This document shows, piece after piece, positions 8,945 to 19,585 of a stretch of DNA of 64,000 nucleotides. Origin of the DNA: Candidatus Bathyarchaeota archaeon (GTDB lineage Archaea; Thermoproteota; Bathyarchaeia; Bathyarchaeales; Bathycorpusculaceae); NCBI GenBank assembly GCA_963717465.1, contig OY970340.1, forward strand, positions 2,176,001-2,240,000, in the 5' to 3' direction. Numbering within the stretch: the first letter of the stretch is position 1; each line of letters starts with the position of its first letter. Made by a program: the position numbers and the translations under genes. The notes under the pieces were generated by a model that was not told where the DNA came from, searched no databases, and saw only the letters and a program-made list of their open reading frames with translations.

Positions 8945-9907
8945 TTAAACGATCAGTGCTATAAGAGCTAAAATTGAAAAAACTACAATCACGCCAAACA
9001 AGATTGCAGTTACACACATTATCCTCCATGCCCTAGTAATGTCCCCGGTTGAAATCTTCGTTCCATCTCCAAGGGCATAATTGTTTTCCTTTTCAAGTTG
9101 AGTATTTAACGCTCCCGCCATAGCTGAAATTGTCCATCCAGCATTCGGGCTTGCAGTTTTGTTTTTATCTCTTTTTAGAATTCGCCAAGAATTCCGCCAA
9201 TTCGCACGCAGCAATCCAGCTGAAGCAACCATTAAAACCGCAGTAATCCTTGTTGGGACATAATTGGTTATTGTGTCCATTTTTGCGCTGAACCATCCGA
9301 TATTCACGTTTACTTGGTCTTTGTATCCTACCATTGAATCTAAAGTGCTGATGGCTCTAAAAGCGAAAGCGCCTGGAACTCCAAATAAAGCAAAGAAGAA
9401 AAACGGTGAGGTTACTCCATCTGTTGTGCTTTCTGCTATGGACTCAACTGCCGCGGAAATAATGTGCCGTTCATCTAACTCGTTTGGGTTGCGGCGTACA
9501 ATGAAAGGCAGCCACTCTCTAGCCCTGTTTAGATCTTTTTCCTTCAGAGCTTTTTCAATCGGATAAGTGTAATGACGCATGCCTTTGAGTGAAAATGTAG
9601 CTTTAAACATCAAGGCACCTAAAATTATGTATATCAGCGTGCCCCAAACAGGAATTTGCAGAACTGCCCACAAAATGACTCCTGCTGGAACTGCGAAAAG
9701 TACAATCAGCCCAACGCATAAAAAAACACCATTAATTTTTTCAACCTGTGGATTTGAGTTTTTGATTTTTGGCTTAAAAAAAGATATAACTTTTCCCATC
9801 CAAACCGTAGGATGTACGCGATCGGGAATCTCGCCGAAAATCAAATCAATCAAGAGCGCTAAAACAAAAATTAACAATGAATCCAAAAAAAATGCAGTAT
9901 CAAACAT
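8945..9907 (-). CDS. cbiB: Adenosylcobinamide-phosphate synthase
   Basis: DLIFGE..HPTVWMG, AAVESIAES..DG, STLDSMVGY, SPNAGW. Confidence 0.93.
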   Translation of the reverse strand: MFDTAFFLDSLLIFVLALLIDLIFGEIPDRVHPTVWMGKVISFFKPKIKNSNPQVEKINGVFLCVGLIVLFAVPAGVILWAVLQIPVWGTLIYIILGALMFKATFSLKGMRHYTYPIEKALKEKDLNRAREWLPFIVRRNPNELDERHIISAAVESIAESTTDGVTSPFFFFALFGVPGAFAFRAISTLDSMVGYKDQVNVNIGWFSAKMDTITNYVPTRITAVLMVASAGLLRANWRNSWRILKRDKNKTASPNAGWTISAMAGALNTQLEKENNYALGDGTKISTGDITRAWRIMCVTAILFGVIVVFSILALIALIV

Positions 9908-9926
9908 ATTTCGGCTTCAAACCTGT

Positions 9927-11052
9927 CTATCCATAGACTTCCTTTAGTGTCTCAAGCAGTTTTTTATTTTCGTCTCTTGTTTTAATTGCAATCCTGACAA
10001 AGTATTCATCTAAACCTGTAAAAGAGTTGCAGTCTCGAATTAGAACTCCCTGCTTAAGCATTTTTTCCTTAAGCTGCGCAGCTGTCCAACCTGATTTTCT
10101 GATATCGATAAATAGGAAGTTTGCGTCAGGCGGATAAATCTTGAAAGCCTTAAATTGTTTAAGCTCTGCTAGGAGAAATTTTTTTTCTTCTTTTATTAGT
10201 TTCAAAGTTTTCGTTAGGTGTTCTTCGTCTTTGAGAGCTGTAATTGCTGCTGATTGAGCTAAACAGTTAGCGTTCCAAGGAATCTTATTGCTTAACATAT
10301 AGCTGACAAGCTCTTCACAAGCAATTCCGTAGCCGACTCTCAAGCCAGTTAAACCATAGATTTTCGTGAAGGACTTTAAGATGAAAAGGTTAGGGTATTC
10401 TTCTATTTTATTTATGAACGTCAGCTTTTCTTGGTTTTCGACAAATTCTAAGAAATCTTCATCAAGAAAAACTAATGTACTATTTTCCAGTGCAGTTTGA
10501 ATAATAAACTCTAAGTCTTTTGTTGAAGTTAAATTTCCTGTTGGGTTGTTCGGGTTGCATAAAAAGAAGATTTTGGCTCCAGCAATATCTTTGGTGAAAG
10601 TTGCTTGTTCAACTTGAAAATTTTTATTTAACAGTAAGAATTTTACTTGCTCTCCCGTTCTTCTTATTGCGCCTTCGTACTCGCTAAAGCTGGGTGCTGG
10701 AATAACCGCGAAATCGTCTTTTTTCATGAAAATGTCCGCAAATAGGTAAATTAGCTCAGTTGAGCCGTTTCCAATTACGATGTTTTCCTTGCTAAGTGAA
10801 TAGTGATTTGCGATTGCTTCCCTGAGCTGGTTTGAGTTAGAATCTGGATATTTTGGGATCTGCCAAAAATTATCTAGTTATTGCTTCAAGAGCTTTGGGT
10901 GAGGGACCGATGGGATTTACGCTTGAACTAAAGTCTAAAATGTCAACAGGCTTTAAACCAGTCTGTTTGGCTGCAGCCAAGATCTGACCGCCATGAACGC
11001 ACGGCTTAAAATTCCTCAAATTGTCTTTAACTAAGCTTTCGATTGGCTTCAT
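9927..11052 (-). CDS. cobD: L-threonine-O-3-phosphate decarboxylase (frameshift near 10870)
   Basis: HGG..., LDFSSSVNPIG in the first piece; CNPNNPTG, DEDF, SFTKIYGLTGLRVGY and LIRDC in the second. Confidence 0.85.
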
Positions 11053-11074
11053 TATTTTTCCTCGTGATATTAAA

Positions 11075-12288
11075 TCAAATTAAGTTTAAGAGTATCGGCA
11101 TGACGTTTTTGCCTTGAATTCGTTTTAAGCCGCCCTTATACATTGCTTTTTCATTAAACTCAACGACTTCGTCTCTTACTATCTCATTGCTTGCTATTGA
11201 GATAGGCACTGGGTCGCCTGTGTGTTTTCTGGTTTTGCAGGATGTAACATGATCAGGCATTAAGGCTATAGCGACTTCTTCAAGGTTCACGTTATCCAGT
11301 ATTGTTCCCACCATTGTGTCAATTTTTTTGATTATACCTATTTTTCCTTGAATATCTCCGTTGTGGCTGGCTTCGTCAGGTGCTTCAACATGTACAAAAA
11401 CAAAATCATCCGTTCGAAGCGCGGCTAATGCTGCTTTAGCCTTTGCATTAGTGTCTGTATCAAGCTCGCCTGTGGCTCCAGGAACATCTACAACAGACAT
11501 GCCTGTTAATTTGCCGATGCCCTTAATGACGCTAACTGCAGCGACACATGATGCCTTCAACTTGTATTTTTCATAGAATGATTGAAGGACTGGCGTTTTG
11601 CTTCCACTCCAAGGAATCACAACGTTAGCAGGAAGTTTTCCTTTTGCCTTGCGCTGTAAGGTTAACAGGATTATTTTCAAGCAACGTATTAGAGGTTTTC
11701 ACAAACTCATTTAGCACTTCAGCGGTTTTTTTCGCTTCACTCGAATCGTCTAAAGGTTTGATCAACCCAATTGTACTGCCCACTTTAGGCAGTGTAACCG
11801 CAGACACATTGGCTGAGAGTTTTTCACCCCTAAGTACTAAAGCGCCTTTAAACCCCAATGTCTGCTTGAAAATAACTTCAACATCCGAATTTTTCTTTAA
11901 TTTTATATTCGCAACCTCTCGCTCTAAGTGCTTTAGCTTCCTCTCGAATGCGTCCTGCCCTTTCATCAACTAACATCAATTCTTTATTTACTGTTGCAAA
12001 GTTGCATCTGAACGCTGTGTCTCCGGTTTCAAGCTTTATTCCTGCTCCTGTAGCCTCAAAAGGTCCTCTTCCAGTGCAATTTTGTCCCTCGTAACCCAGA
12101 ATAGATAAGTTTGCAGCGTCGCTTCCAGGAGCAACTCCTAATGCTACTGAGTCAAGTAAACCGGAAATACCGTTGGCCGCTAACCTATTCATATTTCTTG
12201 GTTTGGCTGCTTGAAGCGGTGTTTTGTAATCCAGTTCCTTTAACGGTCGATCTGCCATTCCATCGCCGACTATGACGATTAGGCGCAT
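11075..12288 (-). CDS. apgM: Cofactor-independent phosphoglycerate mutase-like protein (ApgM family; two frameshifts)
   Basis: [42 protein letters not shown], DHxT...HTGDPVP across three overlapping ORFs. Confidence 0.8.
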
Positions 12289-12372
12289 ATTTTTTTCTCC
12301 TGGCTGCTTTGCTTTGCCGTAAGTCTATTATTTAGGTGTTGTTAGTGGGGTTTGCAAATCATATAAACATTT

Positions 12373-12389
12373 GGATGGATAGTCCAACC
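12373..12389. promoter_or_regulatory. Palindromic operator-like site, copy 2 (GGATGGATAGTCCAACC)
   Basis: 2 mismatches to GGTTGGATAATCCAACC; lies between TATA-like boxes of the divergent apgM-cobD-cbiB and cbiZ units. Confidence 0.65.
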
Positions 12390-12441
12390 GGAAATATTAT
12401 TATAGAACCAACTAATAAAACAGCGCAAAGGTGTAGTCATC

Positions 12442-13452
12442 ATGAAGCAAGTTGATTTGTTAGGCGTTAAAGGCAAAATCGTAATCAAAAATAACGTGCT
12501 ATTGATAACCAGTCAAACAGACATGACAACTGTTAGCTCCGCATTCTACAATGGTGGTTTAACAAAAACTAGAAACATCCTCAATATTCAAGTGTCCGGA
12601 TACAACCAAATAGAACTTCACAACGACCCGTTCATACCGATAAAACATGCCCAAAAAAAACTACAGCTAAACGATGATTTTGTCGCAATGCTCACTATTG
12701 TAGATATTAACAAGATGGCGTTTGTTTCTGCTAAAGCAGGCGAAATATCTATAAACGTGATTGCAACAGGAGGCTGCACTCACCCTGAATCCGCAGGAGA
12801 AAAAATTGATTCAACAGTAACCGCAGGAACAATAAACACTTTCGTCTTAGTGGATGGCAACCCTTCAGGCGGCGCTTTGATGAACTTATACTTAACAGCA
12901 ACTGAAGCCAAGGTTGCCGCTGTGCAAGATTTGGATGTTCGAAGCCGATACACCGGCGTCGCAGCCACAGGAACAGTAACAGACAGTTTGCTTGTGGCGG
13001 CTTCTGGTAAAGGTGAACGTTTCGATTTTGGCAGTCCCGCCTCGCCAGTAGGTCAAATAGTCGCACAGTGCGCCCGCAAAGCCGTTCGGCAAGCAATCCT
13101 AAACTACGAGTCTGAAAAATACGGCGGCTCCATCGCGACTCGATTAAAGGATAGGCAGTTGACAGTGGAACGGTTAGCTGGCGAGATTTCAAAAATTGAA
13201 GGCTTTCACAAAAACAAAAAGGCACTTGCTGCTGAAATTGAGAAAATATTGCAGGACGAATCATTAGCCATTTACTTGCTTGCAGCAGCAAAACTAGATG
13301 AAGACTGCGAAAAACAACTTATTAAATCCCAACTTTCCACTGCTTTTGGAAGTTTTTCACCAGCGAATCCAGTAAGCTTTAATAGCGATTCAGCAAATCT
13401 GCCGCAATTCACTAAACACGCCCTACTGAACTTACTTTTAAACAGAAAATAA
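12442..13452 (+). CDS. cbiZ: Adenosylcobinamide amidohydrolase with C-terminal extension
   Basis: SSAFYNGG, AMLT, GTINT, TATEAK, ATGTVTD. Confidence 0.85.
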   Translation: MKQVDLLGVKGKIVIKNNVLLITSQTDMTTVSSAFYNGGLTKTRNILNIQVSGYNQIELHNDPFIPIKHAQKKLQLNDDFVAMLTIVDINKMAFVSAKAGEISINVIATGGCTHPESAGEKIDSTVTAGTINTFVLVDGNPSGGALMNLYLTATEAKVAAVQDLDVRSRYTGVAATGTVTDSLLVAASGKGERFDFGSPASPVGQIVAQCARKAVRQAILNYESEKYGGSIATRLKDRQLTVERLAGEISKIEGFHKNKKALAAEIEKILQDESLAIYLLAAAKLDEDCEKQLIKSQLSTAFGSFSPANPVSFNSDSANLPQFTKHALLNLLLNRK

Positions 13453-13566
13453 AGGCAATTTCTATTTTTGTTTAGCGCGATTTATTGTGTCAAAGTTTAG
13501 TTGAAGGTATCGCCGCTTAAATAGCATCATCGGTTAATTTTGAATAAAAGTTGTGCAGCAATTTTC

Positions 13567-14316
13567 TTATACACTGCCCTTTTTCAGAGTTACAATTGAT
13601 GCTGAGAAGAAAAAAATTCCGTAGCCTATGAGCACTAAGAAGGACAACCATGGGAAAGACTGGTTCAACGCCGCCGCTCGCAAACACAGACTTGAATGTG
13701 TAAGCGGCAATAGATAAAGTGCAATCTTTAAGGCTTCAGGCACTTGATTCAAAGAGAAAAAAGTGCCACATAGAAAAGTCATGGGTAAAATAACTAAGTT
13801 GCTGAAATTCCATATTTTCTCATGCTCATTGAAGACTAAAGCGATAAGCACTCCAAATAACGCAAAGACAAAACAAGAGATAAGCAGTGTTAATATGAAA
13901 ATTGGGCTAACAGTTAGCGTCGGCAAAAGGACAAGCCCCACAAGCAGTATAGCAACCGAGCTGATTAAGCCACGAACCACGCCTATTAACGCCTTGCCCC
14001 AGACAATCGAATAAAAACTAACTGGAGACATTAAGAAATTGTCGAAGCTCTTGTAAAATAGTTTATCCATCTGAAGCTTTGATGAAGAACCGTTGTAGCT
14101 GGATGAAAATGCTGTCAAGGCAACAATCCCTGGAATGACAAACGCCAGGTAGCTTTCGCCTTCAATGTTGACGGCGTTTCCTAAGCCATAACCGAAAGCT
14201 ATTATGTATAAAAGAGGCTGCACAAGGCTAATGAGTACCGTTGAACGCCAATGATGACGCAAGTTCTGCAAATCTACCCAAAAAATGGAATAAGTGTCTT
14301 TTAGTGAGTCAAGCAT
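13567..14316 (-). CDS. ABC-2 type transporter permease
   Basis: QPLLYIIAFGYGLG, YLAFVIPGI, PMTFLCGTFF, LPLTH. Confidence 0.85.
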   Translation of the reverse strand: MLDSLKDTYSIFWVDLQNLRHHWRSTVLISLVQPLLYIIAFGYGLGNAVNIEGESYLAFVIPGIVALTAFSSSYNGSSSKLQMDKLFYKSFDNFLMSPVSFYSIVWGKALIGVVRGLISSVAILLVGLVLLPTLTVSPIFILTLLISCFVFALFGVLIALVFNEHEKIWNFSNLVILPMTFLCGTFFSLNQVPEALKIALYLLPLTHSSLCLRAAALNQSFPWLSFLVLIGYGIFFFSASIVTLKKGSV

Positions 14317-15182
14317 TATGCGTCACTGACCTTCTGCCCTGTGCTTTCTACAAAAACATCTTCTAGGTTAGTATCGCGGATAGTAATTGTCTTAATGTTT
14401 GGCGATAAATTTTGAACAAACGTGCTAGCTGCTGCTCGATCAGCAAAGAATTGGTAGTGAGTCTCTTTGTTATCTACTAGTGTCTCAACAGCGATTGGTC
14501 CCAAGTTCTTACGCAATTCCATAGGTGTGTCAACAGCGATCAAGCTACCCTTATGCATAATGCCGACACGTTTGCAGAGTGCCTCGGCCTCCTCAATATA
14601 GTGAGTAGTGAGAAAAATTGTTGTCCCATCCGAGTTTAATCGACGAACTAAATCCCAGAGGCGACGTCGCGCTTGAGCATCCAGACCTACTGTTGGCTCA
14701 TCCAGAAACAATAGTTTTGGTTTATGCAAAAGGCTGCAGACTATTGCGGCCCTCTTCTTCATTCCGCCCGAAAGAGTGTCTACCATTTTATCAGCACACT
14801 CTCCGAGCTCGACATAATCTATCAACTCGGCTATGCGTGCCTTGCGTTCTGATGAGCTCAGACGATGGAGTCTAGCGTTAAACTCCAAGTTTTCTCTAAC
14901 TGTCAAATCCCAATCTAAAGTAAGATGCTGTTGCACTACACCGATAATCCGCTTAACTTTATCTGGCTCTCTTGTTACGTCAAAACCTCCCACAGATGCA
15001 TAACCCGAAGTCGCGTGAGTTAAAGTAGTTAAGACACGGATGGTTGTGGTTTTTCCTGCTCCATTAGGTCCTAAAAAACCAAAAATTTCTCCACTTTGAA
15101 CTTTCAAATCGAGGTCGCGGATAGCTTTAGTGTTTCCGTAAGTCTTATTCAGTTTTTCAGTTACGATAGTTCCTTCAATCAA
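14316..15182 (-). CDS. ABC transporter ATPase (DrrA/NodI-like)
   Basis: GPNGAGKTT, LSGGMK, LDEPTVGLD, TTHYIEEAE. Confidence 0.9.
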   Translation of the reverse strand: MIEGTIVTEKLNKTYGNTKAIRDLDLKVQSGEIFGFLGPNGAGKTTTIRVLTTLTHATSGYASVGGFDVTREPDKVKRIIGVVQQHLTLDWDLTVRENLEFNARLHRLSSSERKARIAELIDYVELGECADKMVDTLSGGMKKRAAIVCSLLHKPKLLFLDEPTVGLDAQARRRLWDLVRRLNSDGTTIFLTTHYIEEAEALCKRVGIMHKGSLIAVDTPMELRKNLGPIAVETLVDNKETHYQFFADRAAASTFVQNLSPNIKTITIRDTNLEDVFVESTGQKVSDA

Positions 15183-15204
15183 CGAAATCCGCCTTTAGTT
15201 TTTG

Positions 15205-16525
15205 CTAAGCAGTTTTCTTAGATTTTAAGTGATCGACGACGCTTTGAGGGACCTCTCCGGACAGTTTGGACGTTTGAACGTGGATATCAAGCTTGGATAA
15301 AAGTTCATTTTGAGTTTTTACGAAGATTGCTCCCATTTTTTTTAGTTCGTCTAAGCATGCTTTTGCTTGTCCTTTAGTGAAGTCTCGGCTTTCTATGGGC
15401 ACTTGGTCTAATACTATTACATTAACTCCTTTTTGGAGAGCTTCTTTGGCTGCTTGCAAGTTCTCCAAGTTGCCATAGCCGAATGGAACAGAGGAAATGA
15501 CTGTAAAGTTAGCTTTTTTAATCATTTCCAAATTTATTTTCATTGATTTGTCGGTTATGGGTGAAAATGGGGCTTCACTAGCTACGGGTATATTGAGATA
15601 TTGTGCTGTTTCATAGTCAGTGTCTAAGACGTTAAGAACTCCAGCAGTAACCAAGTAGCCTTCGTTTTGAAAGATTTTCATGAGTTCAGCTCCCGTTCCT
15701 GCGCCACAAATCAAGTGAATGGAGCAGTTTTTGGGTGCAGGAGGCTTGGTGACTGACATGAGGTTAACGTATAATGAGCCTGTAACCGAGTTTTTCTTAA
15801 CTATGGCCTCGACATTGAACACGTTTTTTATGTTCTCGTTGGTTATAACTTGCTCTATAGTTCCTGCAGCATACACCTTGCCGCTTTTAAGAAGCAAAGC
15901 GTAGTTGCAGTAGCGCGCAGCCATATTCAGGTCATGGATAACTGCCAGTACCATAAGTTCCTCTTTTACGCAAAGGCTTTTCATCAAATCCATAATCTCA
16001 AGTTGATTAACTATGTCTAAATGTGTCAATGGTTCATCAAGGAGCATAATTCTTGGCTCCTGCGCTAGCGCCTGTAGCGATAACAACTCGCTGCTTTTCA
16101 CCGCCGCTTAACTCGTTTATGGGTCTTTGAGATAGATGCCATGTATTTGTGAGGTTCATGGCTTTTTTGGCAATTTCGAAATCTTTAGCGCTTTCCATCT
16201 CAAACCTGTTTAAGTGGGGGTTTCGACCCATTAGAACAATATCGAGCGCGCTAAAGCTGAATCCTATGCTGCTTTCTTGGGGAACAACCGCAACGTGTTT
16301 GGCGACATCGATACTTTTCATTAGGTAAACGTCATTGTTGTCGAGCGTTATAGCGCCCTTGTGCGGTTTGAGAGTTCTGCTGATGCTCTTAAATAAAGTG
16401 CTTTTACCAGAACCATTTGGTCCGAGGATTCCGATGAAATCTCCTTTTTTTACGGTTAGGGTGACGCCTTCCAAAACCTTAGTGGAGCCGTAATGGCATT
16501 CGACGCCTTCAACATTCAGCAGCAA
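15205..16525 (-). CDS. btuD: Corrinoid ABC importer ATPase with C-terminal extension (frameshift near 16075)
   Basis: GPNGSGKST, LSGGEKQRV, then ALAQEP..LLDEP..HLD and HDLNMAARY in the shifted frame. Confidence 0.85.
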
Positions 16526-16538
16526 AGTTTTAGCCTTC

Positions 16539-17618
16539 CTAAAGTGAGTAAGTGGTTTTCTTCCTTCTAAGCAGGTAGATGAAGAAAGGCGTTCCCAGCA
16601 AGGCAGTTATTACTCCAACTGGCAATTCTGCAGCACCCGTAGCTACCCGAGCAATAGCGTCACAGCATATCAAAAAGATTGCGCCTACAATTGTTGAGGC
16701 TGGAAGTAGGATGCGGTGATCTGGCCCGATTATGAGTCGGGTCATATGAGGAACTATTAAGCCTACAAAACCGATGATTCCGCTGATCGATACCGCTGCT
16801 GCAGTCATCAGAGATCCTAAAATTAGTAAAATTTGTCGCACTCTTTCCGTGTTAACGCCTAATTGTTGAGCCGTATCATCGCCTAACGCAAGCAAGTTGA
16901 GGTCGCGAGCAAAAAAATACGATATTGAAATACCTATTACAAGGAATGGCAAAACTTCCCAAACATTTAACCAACTCATGGCGCTAAAACCACCTGCAAG
17001 CCAAGCAACTATTCCAGTAAGAGCTTGCCCTGACCGCAACTCCATGAGTGTTTCAATTGCTAACAAGAAAATGTTGACTACGATCCCTGAAAGCAATAGA
17101 GTTGTTACTGGAACCCTGGAGCCAACTCTTGAAATGGAGTAGACCACCAAAATCGTAGCCATCGACACAACGAAAGCAAAGATTTGGTAAATGCTGGGAC
17201 CAAACAATGAAACAAGAGAACTGAAATACAGGACGGCAGCGATAAAGCCTACTGAAGCGCCTGCTGAAGCGCCGAGCAAATATGAGTCAGCCATTGGATT
17301 CTTGAAGACACCTTGATATAATACTCCTGCAGCAGCTAACGCTGCACCAACCAGTGCAGCTGCCATGATGCGTGGAAAGCGAATCAGCATAATTATTGCT
17401 GCATCGCTTGGCGATATTATTGTTGATGCAAGAGTTTTGCTTAAAAAAGGAATGTTTTTTCCGATTATGATCATAATTTCGGAAAATGAAATTGGCGCAT
17501 AACCAACGTTAAGGCAGATAACTATAGCTGCGATTAACGTAAGAATTAGAAATACGATTATTAATTTCCAGTGCGAAGAACGCTTATTGTATGACCCTTC
17601 GAGTTTATCTGCGCTCAT
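16539..17618 (-). CDS. btuC: Corrinoid ABC importer permease (FecCD family)
   Basis: IRFPR, FKNPMAD, A.QLGVN, GIIGFVGLIVPH, ELPVGVITA..G.PFF. Confidence 0.9.
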   Translation of the reverse strand: MSADKLEGSYNKRSSHWKLIIVFLILTLIAAIVICLNVGYAPISFSEIMIIIGKNIPFLSKTLASTIISPSDAAIIMLIRFPRIMAAALVGAALAAAGVLYQGVFKNPMADSYLLGASAGASVGFIAAVLYFSSLVSLFGPSIYQIFAFVVSMATILVVYSISRVGSRVPVTTLLLSGIVVNIFLLAIETLMELRSGQALTGIVAWLAGGFSAMSWLNVWEVLPFLVIGISISYFFARDLNLLALGDDTAQQLGVNTERVRQILLILGSLMTAAAVSISGIIGFVGLIVPHMTRLIIGPDHRILLPASTIVGAIFLICCDAIARVATGAAELPVGVITALLGTPFFIYLLRRKKTTYSL

Positions 17619-17705
17619 TCTTTAGCTCCAGTCATGTAGACGGGAAGCTTTCTTTGAGACATTACAATTCTTCCTAAAATAGCCTCTGACTAGAAATAAA
17701 AATAT

Positions 17706-18701
17706 TTAGGATGTTGAATTGAAAAGCTGCGGATACAAGCAAGCTGCGAGATCTTGAATTAATATGCCGATTCTTGGTCCTGGTTCACTGAAAAGGTCTT
17801 CATTAACAACGTATATTTGATTATTTTGCAAGGCACTTATTGTATTCCACCCTGTCCTTGCTTGAACATCAGCTGTCGTTACACCTAAATCATCTAGTAT
17901 GATGACATTGGGATTAAGCGTAATTATAGACTCCTGATCTACGGTAGGCCATGGGTCTGTGACATTAGCGAAAATATTAGTTCCTCCCGCCTGATGGATT
18001 GCATCGCTTATCCAAGTGGTTCCACCTACGCTTATGTAGCCTGTTGTGCTGCTCCAGACTTCAAAGTAAACGTTAACTGGTGTTGTAATATTTGCGTCGG
18101 CAATTTTTGTTGATATATTTGTTATTGTGCTGCTTATGTTGGTATCAAGTGATGCTGCTTGCGCCTGAGCTCCTGTTGCTCTGCCTACCAGGTCTATGTC
18201 TTGTTCTATGCCAGTCACTATGGTTGGGTTGAGTACTATTACTTTGTACCCGTCATCTCTTAGTGTTGCAATGCTTTGAGCGTCACATTGACTATCCGCT
18301 ATGATTAAGTCGGGAAGAGCAGAAGCAACGGCTTCCAAATTGGGTGTCCCATAGGCCCCATCAAACGTCATGTTGCCAGCTACAACCCAAGCGGTGAAAT
18401 TGTAGGGGTAATCTTCGCTTACGACATCAGGAGAATTTAACGCGCCTGTCACGGCTACTACCTTGTCGCCTACGCCTATAGCAAAACATATTTGTGTGGC
18501 ACTTGGCGCTAAGGAGACAATTCTTTGAGGTGTCGAAGTTAGGTTGGTTACGTATCCGTAGTCGTCTACTACTGAGATTTGAGCATTCTGCGATTGAAGG
18601 TTGTTGATTTGTGAAGAAAAACTGAGGTATATGAACAGTGAAGAAACGATGGCTATTATAGTTATAATTGCGGCTATGTAAGTTCCTGTTTTGTTACTCA
18701 T
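17706..18701 (-). CDS. btuF: Corrinoid ABC importer substrate-binding protein (likely start MSNK at 18701)
   Basis: N-terminal TM, PQRIVSLAPSAT, AGGTNIF, PGPRI; the ORF-track start at 18734 falls inside the operator palindrome. Confidence 0.85.
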   Translation of the reverse strand: MSNKTGTYIAAIITIIAIVSSLFIYLSFSSQINNLQSQNAQISVVDDYGYVTNLTSTPQRIVSLAPSATQICFAIGVGDKVVAVTGALNSPDVVSEDYPYNFTAWVVAGNMTFDGAYGTPNLEAVASALPDLIIADSQCDAQSIATLRDDGYKVIVLNPTIVTGIEQDIDLVGRATGAQAQAASLDTNISSTITNISTKIADANITTPVNVYFEVWSSTTGYISVGGTTWISDAIHQAGGTNIFANVTDPWPTVDQESIITLNPNVIILDDLGVTTADVQARTGWNTISALQNNQIYVVNEDLFSEPGPRIGILIQDLAACLYPQLFNSTS

Positions 18702-18717
18702 TTTTTGATCATCCTGC

Positions 18718-18738
18718 TTGGTTGGATAATCCAACCAA
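18718..18738. promoter_or_regulatory. Palindromic operator-like site, copy 3 (TTGGTTGGATAATCCAACCAA)
   Basis: Perfect 10-1-10 inverted repeat, directly downstream of the minus-strand TATA (TTTAAATA, 18740-18747) of btuF. Confidence 0.75.
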
Positions 18739-18824
18739 ATATTTAAAACTTACGACACGATTAAACTAAAAATAAAAAAGACGAGTGAAAAAGAATAAGC
18801 TGAATAAGTACAGGTGAAACGTGT

Positions 18825-19551
18825 ATGGATATAGAAAAAGTTGCAGTTTCATGGAGTGGCGGCAAAGACGGTTGTTTTGCTTGCTACAAAGCCATGAAGG
18901 AAGGCTTCCAAGTTTGTAACTTGTTAACTATGATGAAAGATGAATTTACGTCAAGTTTCCATTTAATTCGCTCTGACCTGCTTAGATGCCCAGGCAGCAG
19001 CTTTCGGAATTCCCATAATTAAAAAGAAGACTACGCTTGAAGGGTACGATGAAGATTTTAAAGCCGCTCTAAAACAATTAAAAGAGTTGGAGTAGAAGCC
19101 TTGGTTACTGGAGACATATATGAAGTAAGCGGACACGAGACAGGCTGGTTGGAACGAATCTGCAGCGAAGTTGGTTTGAAAACTTGGAAGCCGCTATGGA
19201 TGGGTGACACAAAAAAAATTTTCTGAGGATTATTTGAAGGCTGGCTTTAAAGCGATTGTAGTTAGAACAAAATTGGATGTGCTTAGAGCCAGTTGGCTGG
19301 GCAGGCAATTGAATGAAGAATTTCTCAAAGATATAATTGAGCTTGGAAATGTGGATCCGTGCGGAGAAAACGGTGAATACCATACGCTTGTTATCGACGG
19401 GCCAATATTCAATAGAAGCATTGAAATTGTTGAAACTAAGAAGCATAAGCTAGAAAGCGGTTATGGATTCCTGGAGATAAAACAGTTCAAAGTAACCCAA
19501 AAGCATGAGAGCCAAAAACGTCTAAAATCAGAAAATTCATTTGCTCATTAA
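18825..19551 (+). CDS. DUF71 / diphthine-ammonia ligase-like PP-loop ATPase (several frameshifts)
   Basis: SWSGGKD PP-loop, LVTGDI, DPCGENGEYHTLVIDGPIF. Confidence 0.8.
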
Positions 19552-19585
19552 AACCACGAACTAATGTAAAATAAGTGAGATTGTC

